DNA from: Amoebophrya sp. A120
Lineage: Eukaryota; Protista; Dinoflagellata
NCBI GenBank assembly: GCA_905178155.1
Contig: CAJINV010000001.1
Coordinates: forward strand, 1,035,326 to 1,099,325
Direction of reading: 5' to 3'
DNA: 64,000 nucleotides
The notes under the pieces are model-generated. The model searched no databases and was not told where the DNA came from. It worked only from the letters and a program-made list of their open reading frames with translations. The translations under genes and the position numbers were made by a program. This document shows positions 46,301 through 58,300 of the stretch, one piece after another. The number at the start of each line of letters is the position of its first letter. Within the stretch, counting starts at the first letter, position 1.

Positions 46301-49300
46301 CATGATCCTTCGCGCGGTAGCATTTGGTTGTCTACCAAATCGTGGCAATCCGCGTAGGTGTGCGGGATGGCCGACGCGTAAACCAGCGACACGCGCTGGT
46401 CCGAGACATAGAAGCTTGCTTCGTTGCCTCCGCCATTGATGCCGTTGGCCTGAACGTTGTCGGTGCGCGGAGTGCGCATCAGGTACAAATTGTCAGCGAA
46501 ACTTTGGGCGACACAGGCAGCGGCTTCCTCTGCGTTTTCGACGGTTTTCGGGATTACAGGCATGCGCAGGTAGCCATTGTGCAGGTCAAATTGAATACGA
46601 GTGTAAGTTGTGGCTTCCACCCCGTGGAAGCAGTTGTCTCTTAGGCGCTGATTCACACTCTGCAGCATTTCCTTCACAGCACTGATGCCCTTGCCGTCAG
46701 ATTTCGTATTTGCGGCGTTGTCCAACACGAACTGCCCCGCCGACGGATGAACCGCTAGCTGGCCGCGCGGCCCCCCGGTAGGGTCACCAAAATACGCGTT
46801 GATCTTATAAACCGGAGGATCCGGACTCGGATATTCGGCGCCGTTCAGCTGAGAGGGGAGCACAAACACTGCGCCTGCGTTTTCCGGGGCGTGGACTGCG
46901 TCGTCGATTGATGCTTTTGCAGAGTAGAAAATGAGCCCCGTTGATTTGGGCGCTGCCGGCAGTGTGGCCTGCATTGCAGCAGCACTCAATTTGGTCTTCG
47001 TCACAGGACCGAACTGACCGCCTGCGGTCGTCGGCACCACGCGCCACAGACGAAAGATCGCCCCTTTGTCGTCGGCACGTGGCACCATCCCTCCTACGTC
47101 TTGCACTTGCTCCTCGTAATACACATTCCACTCGAGGTGGGCGGGGTCGTAACCTTCCTCGCCGGGCTTCCCTACCTGCCGGACGCTGGCCGTGTAAGTG
47201 CCTTTTCGCGGCGCCACCGCGGACTTGGTTTTCGCACAATATCCACCATGCGCTTTCCCCGCGTCCCCGCCCAACTCGTAAGGGCCGCGAAGGGTCGTCA
47301 CGTACGCAGTGTGCTGAGTCTCCAGCTGAGTCTGGGAAATTGAGGTCGCGAAGCCGATCAACGCACGTTTGGCCTGCCGCTTCAGGTCATCCGGCATGGT
47401 GGTAAACTTGCTGCTCTCTTGGTCGAAGGTCCAGACTCCATCGGCATACCGCAGCGTCAGGGACAGCTTATTCTTCGAGTTCTTCTTGTCGAAATCGACT
47501 CGGCGCTGGACCAGTAGCGCTCTTCCTCCTGGCGAAGCTGCCGTGGCTTGCACGGTTTTGACCCAGGCTATGTACGTAGCCTGGTGGTCCTGGTGGTCAA
47601 CATCGATAGCAGGAAGCTGCACCGAGCTGTCGGAAAGCACCAGGCGAGTTCGGAGCAAGTAATCAACAGCGTTCTTGAAGTCGGCGGGAGTTGGTGAATC
47701 TTTGGCACCGGTCAGGCCAGCAACAGCATCGGCGGGGGGAACAAAATTGAAACCTCCGACACCCCCGTTATTTTCCAGCTCTGTCAACAAATCCACAGCG
47801 GCGTAATGCATCAAAGATTTTTTCGCCTTCCTCTTCATCTGGACGTCTGACATTGTAGTATACTTGACGTTCTCCTGTGCGAAGGTCCAAACCCCTCTTT
47901 CGTTCCGGAGGAGGTCCAGGGACAGCTTGTTTGTCGGCACCCGTTTCGTGTATTCGGCCTGGGGCTGCAAAAGCAGGGCTTTTCCACCTCCTGGAGTGTC
48001 CGCGAGCCAAGCTACGTACTTATCCCTGTTGTCCCAAAGGACAGGGAGGCGCACTGACCCGGGGGGCTCCTTCAGCAGGCGAGAGTCCTCTGGACCTGGA
48101 ATGTTGCGGAGGTGGTGAAAAGGAGTCACTCGCAAGCATCAAATAAGCAGAATTACAACTCGATCTTCTATACGTCGACCATATGCCCAGATCTTATTGA
48201 CAGAATCAAAAAAGTGAGAGCTTCAGCTTGTCTATTGCGCCACGATCTCAACATTAGGAGCCTCGCGTTAGAAACCGCAAACACCCCTGTGCGACGGCAA
48301 AACCATCTCGCTCCGACGCAATGATAACACCCGGTCAAAACAAGCACGGCGGGCGCAGGCGCCGCGTTCTTTTCGTAGAATATTTGTATTTGGCATCGCG
48401 TTTGCGAATCGCAAGAACGTAGAGTCCACGAAAAAGTAAAATGAGTTTTATTGTCGTGTACGAAGCAGGTAATTGACGGCGTTCGTGAAGCGAGCGGGGG
48501 TTGGATCTTCGCCGCCAGCCCCTTTCCAGGCGATCTCGCTTGCCCTACAGCCCGGACATGTTGTTGCATTGGGACGACGTTGCAGCCTCTTGTCCAGTCC
48601 GTTCACCCGGCTTAGCATTGTAATGGCCTTCACGTCGCCGAAGTACGCCGCTTGCATCAAGGCAGTGTCTCTCATAGCCGCTTGTCCGCCCCGCGCATTC
48701 ACTAGCTCGGGATCCCACCTTAGCATCTCCTCCACCTGCTCAAATTACTCTCGAGCGGAAAAAAACTGTCGTAGCAACGGTAGTGCAAACAACGCCACAG
48801 CGGAAGGTATCCGCGCAGCATCGGAACTACAAATTGCTATACAATTAAAGTATCGGACGAACTAGAACTAAGTACAAATGAAAGAGACTATGCGTCACAC
48901 GCTTCGTCAAAAGCCTACGCCATCAGGTATGCAACCTCCACAAAAGCACTATCTAAAATAACTCCTAAAAATGCGACAATACTTTGCCGTCTTTTGGTCA
49001 TCAAGGGGCATCTGACAAATAAACTCAATTCGTAGCGCTTGCGCAAAAACTGACCACCCAGCGAGTGCCGCGTGGAAAAACCTCTCTCAATGTATTGCTG
49101 ATTTTGATTTTCTCTATTTTCCGCAAATATCAAAACCTCTACGACATTTTTTTCATGCTCCATAATTTGCCCTTTCTGGCGGCATCCAGGAATTGGTTTT
49201 GCTGCGCCAACCACTCCGACGGCGTCTGCGCTTTCCACACCCGCCCAGCTTCGAAGTGCAGAAACGATTCTGGGTCTGGCTCACGTCCTTGGAACAATTG

Positions 49301-49932
49301 CAGAAGCGATCCCACGGCCTGGCCGGGACGAAAGTCCGAAACATCACCACCCCCCTCCCCAACAGGTTTATGGTCCTCCGAGTCCGACGCCCACGACGAG
49401 TCTTGGTATGGCTCCACTGGTTCTTGGGGCGATTTTTGAGCGGTCGGGGGACGAACGGCGCGAACAAAAAGCGCACCTTGGACACTCCCCACCCCGACGA
49501 ACTGTTGAATATTGGACGCCTTCAATCAAGAAGAAAAATCTCCCCTCCCCATATCATGCGATGCAGATTTGTGGCAACAAATCAGCTTTGTAAAAATCAA
49601 TGCCGAAAGGGAAAAGATGCGGACTGTAGTGCTGGGTTGCGTGCTGGCAAAGCCTCGCATCTTCAGCATGACAAGAGGCAGCTGTAAGTGGGAAGCAGCA
49701 TGACAAGTTGCCTGCAATAAACGAGGCCACAGCTGCGCCTTTTTGCCTTTTAGCAATACATGTCGATTATTTGTGTATAGCATCACGAGTTTATTCGTTT
49801 TCGATATCTATGGGAAGGAGGGATTTTTCCTTTTGATACCATCAGGAGGAGAAACAGTGGTCCCAACAGGTTCGCCCCTTGCTGCAGACGCCCGGCAGTG
49901 GTCGGACGAGCGAGCGCCGACACAACCTTCAT
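40363..49932 (-). CDS. Large multidomain protein: hydrophobic N-terminus, ankyrin pair, duplicated ~140-aa domain, macrodomain/PARG-like domain, four C-terminal repeats
   Basis: Start MKVVSAL...LFLLLM; ankyrin FLDAARKG / DTALMQAAYFGD; repeat PTPA.F.NAV.YLLRTR...GVWTF.QE x2; FVLPSQLNGAEYPS, DPTGGPRGQLA and LMPLGGGVFRN; repeat W...KC..FL.F...TA.WQ x4, usually followed by IPW; some junctions (44420-48450) unresolved. Confidence 0.7.
41016..41267. mobile_element. TIR introner family A (A2)
   Basis: Left end GA instead of TA; DR AAAGA; PDLF-SDAA restored. Confidence 0.86.
41378..41633. mobile_element. TIR introner family I
   Basis: TATAACCCGCTCAGATGTTACAATCTCAAACGTT...AACGTTTGAGATTGTAACACCTGAGCGGGTTATA; DR GTACT; CREY-LNFE restored. 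Confidence 0.9.
42087..43689. mobile_element. 1.6-kb non-autonomous TIR element nested in an introner terminus
   Basis: Perfect 21-bp TIR TGGTAACCAAATGCGTGCGCG / CGCGCACGCATTTGGTTACCA; flanks TAT/GAT; no coding capacity evident. Confidence 0.82.
42760..43220. repeat. 109-bp tandem repeat, about 4 copies
   Basis: CAAGTGGCCC landmarks at about 42869, 42978, 43087 and 43196. Confidence 0.9.
43690..44010. mobile_element. TIR introner family H (left TIR interrupted; true start probably 42084)
   Basis: GATCATACTGAAAAGCGCCCCC...GGGGGCACTTTTCATTGCAATA. Confidence 0.75.
48749..49164. mobile_element. Decayed TIR introner
   Basis: GAGCGGAAAAAAACTGTCGTAG / CTACGACATTTTTTTCATGCTCCATA; DR ATTAC/ATTTG; RKGK-FEQV restored. 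Confidence 0.55.
49524..49838. mobile_element. TIR introner family C (diverged)
   Basis: Homologous to 23874/37034; left end AA; DR CCTTC/CCATC. Confidence 0.85.
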
Positions 49933-50058
49933 GGTTGTTAATCAAAAAGGTAACTTATAAAAATTCCGAACAGGAATAGACGCAATCGATTCTCTATGTA
50001 CTATTCCGATGCGCAGTAGAAGTCGGTGTGTTCTTTAAGTGTAACGCTTTCAGTACTT

Positions 50059-50250
50059 AGTTTCAAAACAGTAGCTTCAGTAGTTTCAAAACAGTAGTTT
50101 CAAAATAGTAGTTTCAAAACAGTAGTTTCAAAACAGCACTACTTTCAAAACAGCACTAGTTTCAAAACAGTAGCTTCAAAACAGTACGTAGCTTCAGTAG
50201 TTTCAAAACAGGAGTTTCAAAACAGTAGCTTCAGTAGTTTCAAAACAGTA
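50059..50250. repeat. Minisatellite of TTTCAAAACAGTAG-like units
   Basis: About 11 copies of (T/C)TTCAAAA(C/T)AG interspersed with CTTCAGTAG. Confidence 0.9.
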
Positions 50251-51052
50251 GATTTTTCTTGTTGACAATTGATTGCTTCGAAAAAGGCTCGGTACCGCGA
50301 CACGGCTCTGAAGCACGTTTCCGCGAGCAATTTTCCAGTGCAAAGAAAAAGGGGGGGTTCGTTGTGTGTTCTTCCAACAACCGACGTTGAACAAGTCCAA
50401 CGACAGCAACGTGCTGACAACAAGAAGAACATGCATCTTTGTATTTAAAGAGTAGATATGACTTGTACAGAAGCAGTGTCTTCAGTGTTTAACTTTATTC
50501 CAGCAAGATAGAGAAAATTAGCACCGACAGGACCACGGAAGAAATCAAAAACGCACCGAGAAAGGCCAATTTGGGTCGTGCAACAGACCGACGTCGAGAG
50601 CTTGACCGTACAGGTACCGATGTGCAACTGGCGTTGTGCTCAACAAACCGAGGAGGATTGCAGATGAATATATAGCAGTCAATAAACAGACACAGCGTTT
50701 CTTTTTCGACGGCTTTTGCATAAGCATGAAGCTAAGTCACTGTCACTACCCGCACTACAATGGTGCAACAGATGATCTATTATATTTACGTATCGTGGCA
50801 AAAATGGTACGACACCGAAAATAAACTGGAACCGAAATCGCGGCTGCACTTTGTGCGGAAGCACGTTGCTTCCGAACTGATAGTGGCCAGGTTCTGTCGC
50901 AACATCTCGAATATAGTACAGCCTATCGCACCAGTGGAAAAGAAAAGTGAAATCCGTCTTTTGGTAGGAGGATGACATCATACAGTGCTCTCCTGTTTGC
51001 GATTTTCTTTGCGACATGGACTTGTACCCTGAAAAACAGCACGCAGACAGCT

Positions 51053-51682
51053 TCACCGCACGAGCCAGCCCGAGTGGACGGCGTTCGCGTCGTCACGCGC
51101 GTAGATCCCGGCGGTGTCCAGAAGGTGTTGCGCATTCCGCAAAGTCACCGCTTTCGTCACCGCGACTTCCGGGCTCGGGTCCTGCGGCGGTGTCGGCTTC
51201 CAGTACATGCACAAGCGCACGCCCTGCAGCGGGACGTCCGCGGTCTGTGCGGTAAAGAACTCCTTGAAAGGTTCTTTTGTGTCCTTGAATCCCGGACAAT
51301 CGTCTTCGCTGCCCATCTGGCATTCGCATCCCTCCGCGTACCCAGTCACCTGCGTCGCCAGGGAACACTGCAGTGCATTGATCTCGGTAGCAAATTTGGC
51401 GCATGTCGCGGTATCTAGCAACAAGGGCCCCGTTTGTTTCGCCGGAGTAGTTTCAGCGTTCTTTTCTTCGGTTTGCTTCCTGTGCATCAGCTGCAGCAGC
51501 GGAGGCTCGGCATCTGCGGAGTCTGGCCGTGCGACTCCTGCCTTGTTCTGTTCGTGCTCAATCACTTTGAGCTCAGCCCGCACCCGGTACGGGTCCAAGT
51601 AGTATTTCGGGTCAATAACGACCGAGAACCCGCCCTCTGCCAAGAAGCAGGCGGCGCAGCCGAGCAGGGTTACAAGCCACAT
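51053..51682 (-). CDS. Intronless secreted Cys-containing hypothetical protein (~209 aa)
   Basis: ATG 51682; signal peptide MWLVTLLGCAACFLAEG; six Cys in the central domain. Confidence 0.7.
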   Translation of the reverse strand: MWLVTLLGCAACFLAEGGFSVVIDPKYYLDPYRVRAELKVIEHEQNKAGVARPDSADAEPPLLQLMHRKQTEEKNAETTPAKQTGPLLLDTATCAKFATEINALQCSLATQVTGYAEGCECQMGSEDDCPGFKDTKEPFKEFFTAQTADVPLQGVRLCMYWKPTPPQDPSPEVAVTKAVTLRNAQHLLDTAGIYARDDANAVHSGWLVR

Positions 51683-52304
51683 CGTGATGATTGTCGTAGT
51701 CACGAAAAAAGAAGGTCGACAAGAAAAAGGCGCATCTTGTCTCGTCCTCGCGTGGAGTTTATTGTCACAAACTCCGCGCGGGCCTTCGGTTCGTTTATTT
51801 TCTACGTAAAAAGTTGTGTAAAAAGGAATTCCATGACTCAACATGCGGAACTCACGACTCCCCGCTGCTTCCTTTCTCTTGAAGAACTCTCCACGACTCA
51901 ACACGAAAGGAGCGCAGCTCGCGGGAACCCTAAGAGGAAAGCCGCAGATGGAACGAAAGAACTGACAGAAGCATCCTGCTCGCGGCCCTTGACAACGAAC
52001 TGGTAAGTAGCCCGCCTGGGGGGGCACAAGGACTATGATCTCGTCATGTACTACTCCATTACATGGATGATGATGTTGTTGTCATGATCAACTAGGTTCG
52101 TGTGTAGAGATGCATTGCTGGTGAATCCGAGTCGTTAGATGTGGTGTACAAGAGCATGATGAAACGCTGTCTTTCATGTTGCTCGTCGAGGACGACAGCG
52201 AGAGCGACTACACAAATGAGTTTCATTAATGTATTACGCGTCCCCTGTAATGTTGTGCAAATTGTGTGGTAATTAAAGAGCAAGAACTAACTGCTACAAC
52301 ACTC

Positions 52305-55300
52305 TCAGCTGGACGCCGTGGACATGGCCACGCAAACGCCGTTCCTGGCTTTGTTGCGGCAGTCGTGGCCGTGCGGTAGGTCGTCTACGCAGTTGTGGTG
52401 TCCCGGGTTGGCGTATGCAATGCAAAAATGTCTGAGTCTGGAAGAATGCAGACTTGTCATGCATATTTTGTATGATGATTGATGTCTCTGATGCATGATC
52501 TAGCAACACAGATTTTTAGGGGGCTTCCTAATGCCTATTCCGCATGATAAATGCCCTCTCCGCGTAACACAAACTGGAGTCCTGTTGCTGGTCATGCAAA
52601 ACAAATAGATTTTTTTGGAATCCAAAGACAGCATTACAAGTTGCAACCTTCCAGACACAGACATTTTTGCAATCCATATGGCGCAAAACATCAAGTTTCC
52701 CGCGTCTTCCTCCCAGGGCGGGATGTAGCGTATGGAAGTGTCAGAATCGAAATTGACAAAATCGAAAAATTTCTGATGCACAAAATCGATGTCAGTTGGA
52801 GCCTCAGTTTTCAATTGGCGCATGACAAATTTCGGGAGTGCCCAAATCCAGTCTGTCATGCTGATTGGGCAAAGAAGACTCCGCCTGTAATGCTACTCTG
52901 GCAGCACATTGTATACCCCTAAACAGGCTCACAATCGGTCTCATTTGCCTGCTCCCCAATACAGGCCTTCAGTGCCCTGCATTTTATGCATCACAAATTT
53001 TTCGATTTTGTCGATTTCGATCCTGACACATCCATATAGCGCGCCCGGTGCGTATCCCGTGCAAAAACATCCCTGCCTCAAAGTCAAGTTGGTATTAAAT
53101 CTGCAACACAAATCTCCAAGTTAAGGGAATTGCGCATGACAAGTTCTTTCCATCTCCAGTGTAGTGCTGGTTAGCAAGGGCAGCCGTATGTTGAGAGAGC
53201 CATTTTCTCATCATATTAATTTGCAGCATTACAACTACCAAAACACGATTGGAAATGCCCCTCACGCAGAGGCGCATTACACATGTTCCTGTCATTGCGT
53301 ATTTGCATGACAACTCTGGGGCGGGGGCGTTTTTGCTGAGGATAGTGTGTGTAGATGCCCTCCCCGTACCACTCGCTGACGTTTCTCCCCGGGTGGTCCA
53401 TATCAAATGCAAATATGTTTGGGTCTGGAAACTTGTAATGCTGCGTTGGGAATAGTGAATGCTCTGTAATGCCCAGCCAAGCATGAGAAATATCTGCGCT
53501 TCGTTGTGTTGCGTTTTTCGCCTGACAAACTGCGTTTTTGCATGACTGACGAAAGGGTTTCTTCTTGGACACGCATCACAAACTTTTTGGCCATCCCAGA
53601 CAAGCATGACAAATCTCGCAATCTTCCAGACCCAGACATTTTTGCATTTGATAGTCCATCACTGGGAGCCACCGGCCCTCGATCTCCATTTCCCAGATGT
53701 CGGTGGGAAATTTCTCTGCGCGCTTGTTCAGCTCCAGAAGCTATCAACTGCAAAAATGTCTGGGTCTGGAAGAGCCGGCACTTGTCGTGCACATTTTGCA
53801 TGACCCGTGAGGTCTGTGATGCTGGTGCTAGCATCACAGATTTTTTGACAGCTTCTTGATGCCAATTACGCATCAGAAATGCCCTCTCCGCGTGCCAAGA
53901 ACTGACTCCTCTTGCTGCTCATGCAACACAGATATTTTTAGAATTCGCAGACAGCATTACAAGTTCCACTCTTCCAGACCCAGACATATTTGCAATCCAT
54001 AGCAGCAGGTAGTTGAACTTGTTCGCCTGCAGCAGGTATCCTGTGCAAAAGCAGCGCACTCGTATTGCGGTCATGCATTACAACTCTTTTTCTTCAGCAG
54101 GTAAGTCCGCATTACAAATTTTACTTATCACGCTGAGGAAATTTGTAATGCATTTATATTATAGACAATAGACACCCATAATAGCTCGTAGAACCCTGTC
54201 AGCTTCCACCAAGTGAAACATCAATGCATTTATATTACGAGTACGATACTTTTGCAGTTCATAGCAGGTAGCTCCGACCGCCCTCGTGCAGTCGCAGGTG
54301 GTAGCCGGCCTTCTCGATCCACGGGCGGAGCGACTATCAACTGTAAATCTGTCTGGGTCTGGGAGATTGCGATATTTGCCATGCAAGTCTGGTAATATGA
54401 CTCTGCAATCTGTATTGCGTGGCCGCGAAGACGCGCTCCTCTTGCCTATCATGCAAAAATGCACTTGCTCATGCGGAGTACGCAACTCACCACCACGGAA
54501 AAACTTGTCATGCTGGACAGCGCATCACAGAGTGCTCACTCTTCCCTTCCTTGCATCACAAGTTTCCAGACCCCCAGGGATATTTGCAATGGGTAGGGAC
54601 TCCAAACGGTCGAAACTGTCGTCGCGAATGTGAAAATCCACGTCCCCGTCCCAGTCGAGCATATTACAGTGAAAAATGCCCCCACCCTCAAAGTGTGATG
54701 CGAAGTTTCCAAATGACGCCTCTTTGTCATACATGAAAGGAGTATGAATCTTTCTGATGCAGAGTCTAGGCATTTATCGCATCGCTTGCATGACAAGCGC
54801 CGCTCTTGCTGGGGTCTTTTGCAATACAAATTTTTGCCATTCACGATTGGAAACCTGTGATGCTGATAGATGCAAGAGGGCGAATGTTTCATTTGGAAAG
54901 GTTTGCAATACAAATGCTCCCAAGTTCGAGGGTGGGGGCATTTTTCATTGTAATAGAGCAGGGCACCAAGTTTGAGGCCGCCGAGCAGGGCGCCGTCCGT
55001 GACGATATACTCGATCTGGTGCTCCTTGAACAAATTGTCGGCGAACACAACCAAGTCCCACAGCGTCCGCTTGCAGCAGGGGGGAATCGCCCACCCCTTG
55101 TAGAGCCAGTCCATGGGACAGTTCGGGGTGCGCAGCGTGCAGCCGTACTGGCGGAGTTCCCCGTATCCACAGAAAAAAAAAACCATTTGGCATGCAAAAC
55201 CTGCAGCAAGTCCAGTGTTTGTCATGCAAAACATGGATGCGGATGGTTTTTTTTCTGGGGATACCCCGTCGATCGTTTCGATCTCCTTCAGGTCATTCTT

Positions 55301-58300
55301 CTCCAAAAACTCTTTCACTTGGCGGTCCAACCCCGTTTGGCTGCCTTGCGGGAGCAGGTTTGGCGCCCAGTGCGCGAAACCCCGGCTCAAGCCGCTCCGG
55401 AACCAGAAGTCGACGTCGGCTTTCACCCCACTGTACAAGTGGCGCCACTCAAATCTCGGAACGAGTTGCAGCAGACCCTGCTTTATCAAATGCAAATATG
55501 TCTGGGTCTGGAAGGATGCAAGATCTGTCATGCTTGTCTGGCATGACTGAAGAGTTTGTGATGCGTGTCCAAGAAGAGACCCTGTTGCCTGTCATGCAAA
55601 GCCGCAGACTGTCATGCGGAAAGCGCAACACCAAGCAGCGCAAATATTTCTCACGCTTGGCTGTGCATTACAGAGAGTTCACTACTCACAACTCAGCATT
55701 ACAAGTTTCCAGACCCAGACATATTTGCAATCCATATGTTTCGAGTTCTCTGTTCTCCTCTTCCCGGGTGCATTTTTATTTTCATCGTTCTCCCTACTCT
55801 CCGTTGTACCTACTATTACGCCGGGGGCAGCTGCACGACCACCGCTCTCTTCTTTCACCACGCCGGCATGGGGATCAGAAATTGCGGAGTATTGAAAGGC
55901 CGGCATGGGGGTCAAATACCCGCCAACACACTGGGCAAACCCGTGCTCCTTTCGATCGTGCCACGAGTGGCGGAGGAACCAGTCCAACAGCGTCCACTCC
56001 CCATCCAGCGACACGCGGAAAGGCATGCCCTCGGTCAGCAGCCTCGTCCGAACCAGAAACGTCGGCGCCAGCGTGTCGCAGGTCTTGCAGCTCTGCAGCT
56101 CGTGCGCGAGAAAGGGTTCGTGGTAGCTGCGCACCGAATATCAAAAGCAAATTTACTTATGTCTGGGTCTGGAACAAGAGTGCAAGATTTGTCATGCATC
56201 TCACGCGGACCACGTACATGGTCTGGAATGCAAACAGAAGCATCACAGATTTTGCGAGACCTTCCGGATGCCGCTCCTGCATGAGAAATGCGCCTTTTGC
56301 CTACCAGCGAGTGGGTAGCTTGTGGCGTTCATGCAACGCAGACTTTTTTGTAGTCGAAATTTTGCATGACAAGTTGCAACTTTCCAGACCCAGACATATT
56401 TGCAATGCGTACCGAACTGCCGTGGCGGACGGCGCCATCCTCGTGCATGCTCACCCGGGTTTCCGGCGGCAGGAGCTCTGGGTGCATTTTGTCCCGTGGG
56501 ATGGTGTAGGACTCGTAGTTATCCTGAGCAAAAACGTCCCAACACGAAAGGCAAGATGGGAAATCTGCTAGACAAATCAACGTTTCGCATGACAAGTTTG
56601 CCCTCATAGTGTGATCCTGTTTCGCTAGTTCAGCAGCATCACAGGTCTAGCATATCATGCTGTTTCTAGCATCACAAACTCCAAAACACGACTAGAAACT
56701 ACTTCTCATGGGGCTCCGCATAAGAAACTTTTTTGGCATGCAGATTCGCATGACAACTCTGGGGTGGGGACGTTTTTGCTCAGCATAGTAGTTGCGGGAA
56801 AATTTCAAAACCCAGTGCTTCGCCTCCAATTTGTGGCAAAAATCGAGCACGCGCTTTCGGGACGTTGCGGAAACGGGGGAGGAGTAGGCTGATGTTGTAC
56901 CACTTTTAGAAGAACTCACACTACTTCTTGCACGAGGACCTCCAATGCTTTCTCTTTCATCTACGTGTTGTAGTTCCACCGGTGCCGAGAGGCCGGAGAA
57001 ACTCACGCCGCTGAGATATCCGTCGTCCTGCTCGAGCACGTGCAGTAGCCGCTGCAGGTCGTCGCGGCTGGGGACCAGCTCGGACGCCACGACGAGCGTG
57101 AACTCGGTTTCTACCCGCGCAGACAGGTAATTGAGCTTGGCGCCGAGGGAAAGTTGCCGTTCCTCTAGCGATTCGGGAAAGAGGAAATCGGGAGTGTTAT
57201 TGCGAGGAAAAATCCCCCCTCCCCATACCAAAAAGGGGCAGTACTGAAAATTTGCGATGCTGATTTGTGACCACAAATCGTCCCTGTATTGCAAGAGGGC
57301 AAAGCCAGACAATCCGCCGCGTTGCCCCGGCACTTTGTAATGCTGTATCGCATACAGATGATATGCCTGCCCTGCTAGGTGCCTACAGCAAAACGCCCCT
57401 ACTCAGGCGTTGCATCTGCCTGCAGTCCTCTACTGCTAGACAGATTGGATTTGCGTACACAAATCCAGCATCACAGATTTCCATTTTGATATGGGGTGGG
57501 GGGATTTTTCATTTTGATAGGTGTTTTTCTTGTTCTTTCCCCCTACTTCCAGCAAGTGCGAGAACGACACCGCGGAACTGGCGTCCGCGAAGGGCGCAAG
57601 GATGGTCACGGTATCAAATGTAAAAATGTCTGGGTCTGGAAACTTGTAATGCTGCGTTTGGAATAGTGAATGCTCTGTAATGCACAGCCAAGCATGAGAA
57701 ATATCTGCGCTTCTTTCTCTTTGTGTTGCGTTTTTCGCATGACAAACTGCGTTTTTGCATGACACGCAAAAGGGTCTCTTCTTGGACACGCATCACAAAC
57801 TTTTTAGTCATGCCAGACAAGCATGACAAGTCCCGCAATCTTCCACACCCAGACACTTTTGCAATCCATACACGGCGCCTTTTCGCAAACCACCTGCTGC
57901 GCCTTGTTGCCCAATCGACGTCCCCGCTCGCAGTTCTACTTCGTCCGGAGTGCGCCCCATCTTCTTGTCCGGAGGCGCAACACCGGAATCTCCGAAAATC
58001 GCCAGTTGATTGGCGATTCTTGGGGGCGGAAGCGCGGATACGGCGTGCAGGTTCTCCTTCTGGTAGGTGTCGTGGAGCAGTTCCAGGGCGTCCACGGTCT
58101 TCACGTGCCACTTGCTGTTGTCGAGCACGTAGCTCTTCTGCAAGGCCTCCCGAACCAGCCAGCGGTGCCGCAAATGGGCCGTCGTGTTGTGCGCCAGGGC
58201 GATGCTCGCCGCCTGCACGACGCCGTTGGGGCAGAGCATGTTCAGCTCGTGGTACCGGGTCTCGAACGCCATGTTATCAAGATGAAAAATCCCCCCTCCC

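Noticed and set aside
55192-56571. 459-aa plus-strand ORF (also 57723-58610 and 36443-37261)
   Set aside because: Antisense to well-supported minus-strand exons, runs through introners, and has no recognisable domain.
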